Source of the DNA: Paragordius varius
Lineage: Eukaryota > Animalia > Nematomorpha
DNA: 64,000 nucleotides
Reading direction: 5' to 3'
NCBI GenBank assembly: GCA_964247055.1
Contig: OZ176054.1
Location: 13,144,001-13,208,000, forward strand
Position numbers and translations under genes: made by a program
Part shown: positions 24,801 to 35,248 of the stretch, in pieces
Layout: each line of letters opens with the position of its first letter
Numbering within the stretch: the first letter of the stretch is position 1
The notes under the pieces: generated by a model
Database searches by the model: none
What the model saw: the letters and a program-made list of their open reading frames with translations, nothing else
What the model was told of the DNA's origin: nothing

Positions 24801-27800
24801 GTCTACTTAAAGTCTTTGAGAGCTAATACAATAAAATAGTGAAATATAATTTTTTTTATTTTATATACAGTAAAAATTGAAATTATACGAAAGGACAAAA
24901 TGTAAAAATATAAAAACAAATACTATTTTTTCTAAAAGACAACCAACCATACTTATTAAATTTTGTGATTTTTTTTAAATATTTCCTATTTTTCAAATGG
25001 CAAAGTGAGAAATAGAGATATATATTACTAACACAATCAATCTTAAATATTATATCGTAATTGTAATAAAAATTGGAATTATACGGACAAAATGTAAAAT
25101 TATAAAGATAAATATTTTTTTCTAAGAGAAAACCATACTTTTTTAAACCTTAATTTTCAAAATATAACTCATTGTTTCAAATTGCACAATATAAAATAGA
25201 AATGTAAATTGGTAGCACAATCAATTACTTAGTTTACGATTGTAATTAAATATTTTAAATAGCAAAAATCAAGGTTTGAAAAAGCATGGGGTTGTCTTTT
25301 GAAAAAAAATGTTTGTCTTTATATTTTAAGTTTTGTCCTTCCGTATAATTTCTGTTTTTACTGTAAATTGCTTATTTAAGAAAAGGTAAGTCTTGAAAAA
25401 ATATGGGTTTGTTTTTTGAAAAAAAATATTTCTCTTTATATTTTAAAATTTCGTCTGTATAAATATTAATTTTTACTCTAAACTTATATAAAGAATTAAG
25501 GATTTGAAAATAGGATATATAAAAAAAATTTCCTCTCTTATTATATGAAATTTTATTGGTAAATTTTGTTTCTGGTTTTTACTTTAGTTTTCTCAGATCC
25601 GACTGGTCCTTTAAGAAAACAAATTTTGGATTTGGTTAATCTTATGCCATACGGCGATGTTCCCCTCGGGAATAGCTCATTATTTTTACAAGTTGAATAT
25701 TTATGATATTTTTTTGAAAATTTCTTTATAAAAGCAATAATTAAAAAGTAATTTGTTGTTTAAAATCTAATTTATCTAATGCTCGAATAATATAATACGA
25801 ATAATTATTATATACTAAAAATTAATTTAACGGTAAAAGACAAATGTTTTTTATTCTAAGAGATAACTATTATCATTTTTTAATACACATATTGTTATAT
25901 TTAGTTATGGAAAATAAATTTATGATTTTAAAATTATTATACCATTAAACTTCAAATTCACCCTCAAATAACTCAAATTCACCCAAAATAAAGTTTTTTT
26001 AAGATTAAAAATATAATAATTTGTTTAAAGCTAAAATAATACTGAAAAAATAATAAACTAAGCTATATAAACATAAATTTATACTAATAATGAGTTATAT
26101 TAGTTGCCCGAAAACATAATTTATTTTTAGGGTGAATTTGAATTGTTCAAGGGTGAATTTGAATTGTTCAAGGTGAATTTGAATTCAAGGGTGAATTTGA
26201 AGTGTTCAAGGGTGAATTTAAATTGCCTAAGGGTGAATTCGATTTGTTTAAGGGTGATATTGAATTGTTTAAGGGTGAATTTAAATTGTTTAGGGTGAAT
26301 TTGAATTGTCTAAGGGTGAATTGAATTGTTCAAGAGTGAATTTGAATTGTTCAAGAGTGAATTTGAATTGTTCAAGGGTGAATTTATATTGTCTAAGGGT
26401 GAATTCGATTTGTTTGAGGGTGAATTTGAATTGTTTAATTCGATTTGTTTGAGAGTGAATTTGAATTGTTTAAGGGGGAATTGTGGTTCAAGGGTGAATT
26501 TGAATTGTTAAAGGGTGAATTGTAAAGGGTGAATTTGAATTGTTCAAGGGTGAATTTATATTGTCTAAGGGTGAATTCGATTTGTTTGAGGGTGAATTTG
26601 AATTGTTTAATTCGATTTGTTTGAGGGTCAATTAGAATTGTTTAAGGGGGAATTGAATTGTTCAAGGGTGAATTTGAATTGTTAAAGGTTAAATTGTTCA
26701 AGGGTGAATTTGAATTGTTCAAGGGTGAATTTGAATTGTTTAAGGGGGAATTTAATTGTTCAAGGGTGAATTTGAATTGTTTAAGGGTGAATTGAATTGT
26801 TCAAGGGTGAATTTGAATTGTTTAAGGGTGAATTTGAATTATTCGAAGGTGAATTTAAATTGTTTAAGGTGAATTTAAATTGTTTAAGGGTATATATCGT
26901 TTTTCATGTTAAAAAATTCATTTTTTTGCTTCGTATGATATTATTAATTCCTCTTTTATTATTGGAATTTAAACTTAATTCCCATCGTAATTTTTAAATG
27001 TATTTAGGATTCTGGACGTGTGCAAAAATCAAGCCCCTCACATTTACCTTCCTTGTTTGATAATAATGTAGTTGATAATCAAAAAACTTCAAATACTTCA
27101 AGTTTAAAGGGTGATTCTATTGATGGTATATTTAATATTTTTATTTTTTGTGACAATTTTAAGTTTGAAATTTTTTTTTATTAGCAATTAAAGACAATAT
27201 ATAGTACAAATAAATTTTAGTATAATTTTTATTTTTCATTCAATTACCATAATTTTTGAGTAAAATATATGGTTATAATTCTAGTTTCCAAACTACTATT
27301 TTAAAATATTTTCATATTACAATTAAACATTTTAAAATTAAATATCACATATTTTTAAAGTTTATTTAATACTACATTTTTTTTAAAAAAAACTTCAAAA
27401 AATATTTAACATTTAATTTTAATAGGTCGTAAAAGCTCTGTACTCTTTTCTGGGTTAATTCCAACCCAGCTTGGAGCAATGCGTTATACACCCAACAATA
27501 AATTTTCATTGCCTACATTTGGATTTGAATCTTCTCCAAAGCGGAATTCTCCGTTTTTAAGCACTAGTCCGTTAAGATCAAACTCTTTTAGATTGGTAAG
27601 TTTTAATTTAGTTTTATCAAGTTTTTTTTATAAAATTATAAGGAATATTATTTGTGTTTTTTTGCAAATAAAAGTCTTTCAAAATGGTTTTTCGTTTTTA
27701 GGAAAAACCTTTAGTTTAAATAATTAATTTGGAAAAATTCGTATGTTATAAAAAAATACAATTTTTAATTTCTTGTAAAAATATGAACAGTGAAATGGAA

Positions 27801-30800
27801 ATTATAAGGATAACACATACATGAATCTACCATGATTTTAATGTGATATTTTTCAAAAAAATCTATTTTTAACAAGTCAAAAAAAGGTTAACTTAAAAAA
27901 ATAAATTTTTTGCTTTTAAATATTTCAATATTATTTTCATTGAAATCTTTTATTATAAACAATAAAAATTAACATTTATTTTTAATATTACCACCCACAT
28001 CCAATAATACTAAATTTCAAAAATATCAAAAATAATATTTTATAGAATTGTAAAATAAGGGTTAATAATACGTTTTTTATAGGTTTTTATCATTAGCTTT
28101 TTAACTTTCATATTTGATTTGTAGAAAGAATTGTTTAAAGAAACACCCCCTAGCCCATCAAAGGAAAATGGAAAAATTAGGAATTTTGACTTGAATGATC
28201 AATCCATTGCAATTATACCTCGAAATAAAAGCGCAAATAGTAAAACTTTACAATTATCTTTTTACTTAAATAAGTTTGTTCATATTTTTTTATATTTATC
28301 CTTTTAACCATGAATTTATAATTAAAATTAAAAGTATGAGGTTTTCTAATAGAGAGCCATAAAAAAATTAATAACTCAAGTTTTACAAAATCAACCAAAT
28401 TTTTAGGGAATATAATTATTCTATGATTAGATATGGAGTTTATAGGCTCAGTTTCTTATTTTATTTTTTAACACTATTCATTTAAACTATGTAAAAAAAT
28501 AGCTAAAAATTTCTTATAAAATAGATAAATTTAAACCTTTGGGTATAGTTTAACTTAGATAATAACTTTTTTTAGGCAACATTTATCTTTTTTTCTATAA
28601 ATTAAAGCATTATTTTATATTAGAATCAAGCTTGAACGCTTCCTTATTATTTCCATCAACTCCATTCAACCTTTTTGGATCTGGTCAAAAAAATGCCAGT
28701 TTTATCCCTCAACATTCAAATCTAAATAATGTTGAACAAAACTCGAATGGTAGGAATTTGAAAAAATTAAACGTAAAAGCTGGCGCATATATTAGTCCAA
28801 AGACAATTGGAAATTTTGCATTTTCACAAAGATCATTGAATTTCAATGGATTAACAACAATGGATTTCAAAACCTCACCTTCAAAAAGGATTTTTAATAT
28901 TGAAGATAATCCTAGTCATTTAAGTCTGTCTACCCCGGGTGTTAGGTATTATTGATATTAATTTAATCAAAATAACTTTTTGTTAGGTCACTTTAACGCA
29001 CGAATTTATTTAATATTTTGAAATTTTTGGGTATAAAAGATAGATATAGATCAAAGCGTGTCCAACACGCGCCTCGAAAATATTTCAGCAGCCCTAGAAA
29101 AATCAAAAAATACTCTCTAGCGATAATTGTTATCATAGATTTTTTACAGTCCTGTCCTATGTTTGAATTTAATATAATATCTATACATGTCCATATACTT
29201 TTTAAATATGAGGGGCGCCTGTCGGTTTTTTAAGTGAAAAATGCCGCCCACGAATTCATTTGTGTTGGACAGCCCCTTGTTTATGCGCATTAGGTTACCA
29301 ATAGAAAATTTTTCAAAAATAGTCGACATATATATGCAATCAAATTTTTCATATAAAACCCATATATATATAAATGGGAGGAATTGACAATGTAATAATA
29401 TCACCATCGTTTATATGAGATTAAATTTTTTGTAAAAAGTTAGGAAACACAAAATCTTACATCTTTTTATATATATATATATATTAGTCGTTATCAATCA
29501 CTATATCCGAAATTAACGGTTCCCGACTCAGTCTTTTCAGTAGATTCGACTGATTCAAATGCGCTCTTTTCATCTTTTCATCAAGAGCAAAGTTTAGAAA
29601 ATATTGATAATCGGGATTTGTCTTTTATATCAACACGCGACAATTTATCTGGACCTTCTGGTATATTTTTATTATTATATATGAAGAATATTTTTACTTT
29701 ACTGTGTAAATATTGGAGTTTTTTCAAATTTTCATAGCAAATTCCTTATTAATCAGTTCTTCACCCATTGTCTTATTAACCATATATCATTACGATAATA
29801 TGTTTTTTTTTCAAATGAGAATAATATATTTTCTTAACAATTCTTTTGATTATGTTGGTTTTGAATAAATATGATTCATATTTAATTTACAAGCTTTTTT
29901 CGTTACCTTTATATTTTAATGGAGAAGAGCGTTTACCATATATAATATGCATGAAACGCTAATTAAAGTTAAAATATATTTTGCTCCTTATCGAATATGT
30001 TTCCATCTCTGATTTAATTATATCTGTTTAAAATTTTTGTTTCTCAAAATAGAAATGTAAATTGATAATCGTTTTTTGTCTAAATGATTTCCATAAACAT
30101 TTTTAGAACATGATGGTCCCTCCTTTGAACAACATCAAAAAAACCAATTTGCGCAAATCAACTCTAATACAATTGAATTATTTCATCCATCTATGGTTGA
30201 GGATTATTACCAATCAAATAACTTTTACAGTGAAGATGAAGGCGAATTCCAATTAATCAGTAGTGATTCTGAAAATGAAAGTCCTAAAAAACGAAGTGGC
30301 AAAACACAAAAAACGGCGACTCCTGGAAAATTGCAAAATTTTAGTGGCTCTAATAGTTCCCTGCAAAATAGGAACCATCAAGAATCATCGTTGAATGTGA
30401 ACAGCTTGCTTAAGAAATTAGCCTTTGAACGGCCCTTGTTTAAATGTACTAAACCTGGGTATGTATAACTAATTTTTTAAATACTTTATATACCAAATTT
30501 AAGGTCTAAAGTGTTAGTTAATGATAAATAATTGGGAAATATGGAGGTGCCCATTTGAAAGAATTACAAAATTAATTTTTCCATTATTTTCTGAATATTT
30601 TTTTAATATAAACATTTATAATTATGAATTAAAGTTTAAAATGCTAAGTAAAAAATAAAGATGATTTAATAAAAAAAATAAAATCTATTTCTTTCAACCA
30701 AAAAAACTATAAACTTTACGCGTGTTGATTTTTAACATAACGTATACCATATAATTAATGTTAATAAAATTGAGATATTGAGATTTCAACGTTTAAAATT

Positions 30801-32793
30801 TAAGATTTTCTCAAACAATTAATTACTTTTATTTTTTTGTCTAAATAATTTTAATTTTTATATACTAGAAACATATCTATGATAATCTTTTTTTTTCATA
30901 GATATACCACGGCCCCAAGCGTAGAGGAATGTTATGAAATGTATTTGAACAATTTGCGTAAAACTATTATAGATTTTTATGACAACGATCCTGATATGGT
31001 GGATAAAGCTAGGAGTCGTCTAATGATTAACAATTTTACGATTGAAAGAAAGGTTTTTATTTAACCTTTTTTTCGATAAAAAAATTCAAAAATATTAAAC
31101 GTATTTGAAGTATTATTTGATTTACCGGTTAATTTTTATAAAGATCACTTTAAAATATTGAAATTTATGTTGGTTAAGTGATATAAGTATGAAATTTTAA
31201 ATAGTTGTATGTAATTTGTGTTAATGTAAAAGGAGTGTTTCAGTTTTATTATTTATATTTTTTGGTTCAACATTTGGATTTTTAAATAACATCTCCTTTG
31301 GTTTTATATAAATTGGTATATTTTAATCTGTAAAAAACCCAACACAAGCCTTTAAATTCCTATACAAATTATAATTTGTTGAAAATTAGCATTAAAATAT
31401 TCTTTTAAATGAATAAAACAATATAAAACTTTAAAGTATTGCATATATTTAATTTTTTTTATATTAAAAAAGAATATATATGTATATATTTTATTTTGTA
31501 GGGTTATGGATCTATCATGTTTCCTGGAGAAATTAATGTTATAGGCCTCAACATTGATAGAAATGGTAAAAAGATTTATTTATGCTCTCAATTATAAAAT
31601 TACCATACCATATTTTTGAAAATTTTAACGGGGAAAAATTTAATTTTTTTGAATAACGAAACTAAAACAATTTTAGTTTAAAAATTTTCTCAATTTTCAA
31701 TTTTTATAGCCATATATATATATATATATATTTTAATATTAAAATCTCACCAGGCATATAAAATATACTTCAATAGACACCATATTGAAATAAAATAAAT
31801 ATTTTTCCTTTTATTAGTCCTGATTGATGTTAAGGATGTCGAAATTTATCCGGATGAAGTGGAAAAACCCATATTGGGTGAGGAAATGAACCGACCAGCT
31901 CTTATAACACTTCACAATACTTATCCCATTGATAAATCAACTTTGCAACCAATTAAGGTACTAATTTATTAAATTAAAAGTAGAAATTACAGTAAAAACT
32001 GAAATTATACGGACAAAACCTCAAAAAAGATAAATATTTTTTTTCTAGAATCTTGATTTGTTCCAATATAACTCATTGTTTTAAACTGCAAAATACGAAA
32101 TTGATATGTTTATTGGTAAAACAATTAATTTATTTACAATCGTAGGAAAAATTAAGGTTTAAAAAAATGATGGTTGTCTTTTGTGTAAAAATTGTCTTTA
32201 TATTTTTTCGTATAATTTCAGTTTTTACTGTATACCTATGTCAGGGTGCATAAAGTTAGAAAATACCCAAATAGTTAATAAAAGATAAAAATAGCTTAGT
32301 CAAATTAATAACTAGGTTTGTAATTATGGGGTTAACCTCCTATCATAATTATATTTACATTAATGATTTTCTATTAAATAGATAAAAAACCTTTTAATTT
32401 TAATGTTAACGGATTTTTGTTTTTAAAATAAAGTTTATTTTATATACCACCATAATGGTAATAAATATTTTATTAATATAGGAATTGGATAAGATAATTG
32501 ATTTCAATTATGAGAAACGTTTACGCATCGCTTGTAAGAAAATGGGAGTTAAGTTTATCGATTATATTCCACACACTGGGACATGGATGTTTGAGGTAAT
32601 TTTAGTTTCAGATCAATTAAAAAAACTTTTTGATAAATTATTTGAGATGAGTTTTTATTTATTAAAATTCAATTTTTTTTACATATTTTCTATTTTAAAC
32701 CTCTTATTTATTTCATTTTGAAAAAGTTCGTAATTTATCACTTTTTAAATATATAATATGATCCTTAAATTATTTTAGGTCTCCCATTTTTAA
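15987..32793 (+). CDS. NUP98: Nucleoporin Nup98 (FG domain, GLEBS, autoprotease domain), about 1286 aa, 29 exons, ending VSHF-stop; not fused to Nup96
   Basis: Exons: 15987-16077, 16479-16619, 17015-17185, 17578-17705, 18342-18435, 18840-18943, 19176-19211, 19401-19436, 19543-19593, 19985-20105, 20571-20699, 21164-21211, 21749-21988, 22187-22589, 23166-23308, 24191-24242, 24345-24388, 25597-25691, 27008-27125, 27426-27595, 28125-28239, 28624-28945, 29488-29660, 30107-30458, 30902-31052, 31502-31565, 31818-31957, 32482-32595, 32779-32793. All GT-AG and phase-consistent (3861 nt). GLEBS: GTTIKFKAPT...QCISAMKEYENKSLEELRLEDYMANRK. APD: KPGYTTAPS...FTIERKGYGSIMF...NRPALITL...YEKRL...GTWMFEVSHF. 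A few linker-exon boundaries are less certain. Confidence 0.95.
20814..21081. mobile_element. TA-flanked Tc1/mariner-type MITE family (cagtaaaaactgaaattatacggacaaaacg...), copy in a Nup98 intron
   Basis: Inverted termini cagtaaaa...ttatacggacaaaacg and ttttgtccgtata...ttttactg. Confidence 0.7.
21449..21659. mobile_element. Palindromic MITE with ~75-bp inverted arms
   Basis: ggcttatt...ccacactatatatagttgtgg...ctagtgtatggaaaaaacaaca is mirrored by tgttgtttttccatacactag...ccacaactatatatatagtgtgg...aataagcc. Confidence 0.75.
23462..23710. mobile_element. TA-flanked MITE copy
   Basis: TA|cagtaaaaactgaaataatacgg ... atttttactg|TA. A second, more degenerate copy follows at ~23795-24065. Confidence 0.8.
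24470..25490. mobile_element. Cluster of about 4 nested or partial TA-flanked MITE copies (Nup98 intron 17)
   Basis: Repeated atacggacaaa / ttttgtcc arms at ~24487, 24735, 24868, 25080, 25340 and 25455. Confidence 0.7.
25938..26894. mobile_element. Foldback-like MITE, copy B, with the right arm expanded to about 36 copies of the 21-mer
   Basis: Left end tataccatta with about 2 repeats; same core as copy A but inverted; agggtgaatttgaattgttca array at 26128-26890 ending gggtata. Confidence 0.8.
29052..29279. mobile_element. hAT/Charlie-like MITE; related termini at ~10385-10420 and ~16255-16290
   Basis: caaagcgtgtccaacac ... gtgttggacagccccttg. The shared gcttcgcgggccgca subterminal motif is seen in the other fragments. 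No TSD found. Confidence 0.5.
31990..32230. mobile_element. TA-flanked MITE copy
   Basis: TA|cagtaaaaactgaaattatacgg ... cgtataatttcagtttttactg|TA. Confidence 0.85.
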
Positions 32794-33566
32794 ACTCAAA
32801 TATCTGGAAAAAATGACTCAAAAAAATCAAACTCAAAGCCTACATAAGAAACAGCCTTCTCTATTATATTAATGTTATGATAAATATCATCCATTTTATA
32901 AAACAAATAAATGTTTAAATTCGCGTAGATACTAATGTGTTGTTGGTTGATATTTATTGAAATCTTTTCATAAATATTTTTTTGTTTTCTTTTTTTTATT
33001 TTCTATATAAATATGGTTTGTCATGTTTAAGCCGATATTCATAATAAATATATATATATTATAACTAATAAATTATATATAATGACTTTAAAACACAATA
33101 ATAAAATAATAGTTATGTGATGTGGGGGTGTAGGGGTAAGATACATAAAAATAACTAATTTATATATACAGGAAACCTCTTCATTTTTTATAAAAACATA
33201 TAAATTTTATCATTTTTTGGGAATTATTTTAGAAAAACCCAAATAATTAAAACTTAGATATCAAAAAAATAGTTTATTCTGTTGAAAATACAAGTGTGCT
33301 TAAATTATCTTTTAAAATTCAAATTTTTGACTAATTTTTTTCACAAAAAAAGGTTTGACTGTTATACATATTGAAAAGTGTGACTGCGTCGTGGTTTTAC
33401 ATTTAAATACTAATATAAAAAAAGGATATATTAATATAAGGGGCGAAAATTAAAGAGAATTTTTCTTTACATTAAGTTAAAAGTAATAGAAAATGTGACA
33501 TCTTTTATATGTTTTTAAAACTTGGACAATAAAAAGGGTAATTTTTTCCCCCACGTTTAGTTTGGT

Positions 33567-35206
33567 TTAAGACATGAATTGCATGATTGCTCGCAGTGCA
33601 TAAAGATTGGCTGCTTGGATTTTGGCATCCATAATCATGAGATTAACATGAACCTAAATACAATTAGATTAAACAAAAAATAATAAAAGTTTTTTCACTA
33701 AATTTTCAAAAATCGCTTTTAATACAGCAAAAAATTAAAATTTTACGGGTAAAACGTAAAACTATAAAGAAAAATGTTTTGTTCCCAACCATACCTTTTT
33801 AAAACCTTCTTTATTTTTCTTATATAAACTAAACTATTCAATTATAATTGTAAAAAATAATTTATGTGTTATTGATATAGATAGATCTCTCCATACTTTG
33901 GATTAAACAATGAGTTTTAAGATTTAAAAAATATGTAAGGTTGTATTAAACAAAAAAATATTTACCTTTATATCAATAAAACTCATTTAATCTAGTTGAA
34001 AGTTAATTATAGTCATAAAAAATCGTAAAACCTACAACATGAATTAATATATTATTATATTCTTTAGGAAACTCACAAAATTACTCCCTAAAACTATATG
34101 TATGTTTTTTAATTTAACAAAAAATAAAATATGTACCTTTTCAGATTCTAGGAAATCGCGCATAAATCCTTCCTTAATGCAAAACTCTAAGGAACTCGAA
34201 GTACTGCTACTCCTTTTACTTAAAGGGGAACTTTTTGTCCCTTCATTTCCGCCGCCATTGTTAGAGTTTTTACCCCGTTTTTTCGTATTGGTAGAATGAG
34301 TTTGACCAGATTTTTTATTCTAAGAATATATATGTAAAAAGATTAAAAATTAAATATTAGTTTAAACATAAAAGTTTAAATATAATGAATTTTTTCCATA
34401 AAGATACCCAACTATATTTCTTATTTCACAAACTAATAACGATATGTTACCTATACAGAAAAAAAATAATTTATCCAAATAAAAATTATTTGCCTTGGAC
34501 TTTTTATCTCATTACTGTTTAATATATAGTTTTGAAAGCGAAAAAAAAGTATTTTTTTCAGATAAACGAAATTTAAAAATCTTCAATTATATTTAAACTA
34601 AAATTGTTAAATATAAAATAAGGTATGCTAACATAATTTACATATCTATTCCACATTTTGAATGGATTATACGCATAAAAAAATATATTTTTTTATTATT
34701 TATATAAATATGGGAAAAATTATCTTTTTATGCTTTATTTAAAAACTTTTTTCAAAAAATTTACTTTATTCATTTTGCCATGAGGTGGATTCGTAGAAGA
34801 ATTTTCAATTTTCGTTGCAAAAGATTGGCGGTTGTTCTTATTGAGAGATGTTTCAGGAACCGATTCAATTCTAAATGATAATTATTAATATTTTATGATA
34901 AAAAATTAATATAAATTATCAATTAAACTGGATTAAATTATATATATATATATATATTCACTCCTGATACGGATGTATAAGAAACATAGGGTATTTTTTC
35001 CAAAAAAAGATATTCAAACTTTTTTAAATCTTTTCCTGTATAATATATTAATTGTGTTACTACTTTATATTTTTTATTTTATGCTTTGCAATGTAAATAT
35101 TAATTTTATAAAAAATCAAGTGTTTTAAAAAGTATTTCGGTTGTTTGAAAAATAAACTCTCCATATTTTTACATTTTGTCCTAGTATAATTTCAGTATTT
35201 ACTCTA

Positions 35207-35248
<42 letters not shown>

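Noticed and set aside
26128-26890. CRISPR-like regular array
   Set aside because: Contiguous degenerate 21-mers with no unique spacers, inside a eukaryotic intron.
32791-32850. Programmed stop-codon readthrough of Nup98
   Set aside because: The TAA-ACT context is not a known readthrough signal, and readthrough would add only about 18 aa with no Nup96.
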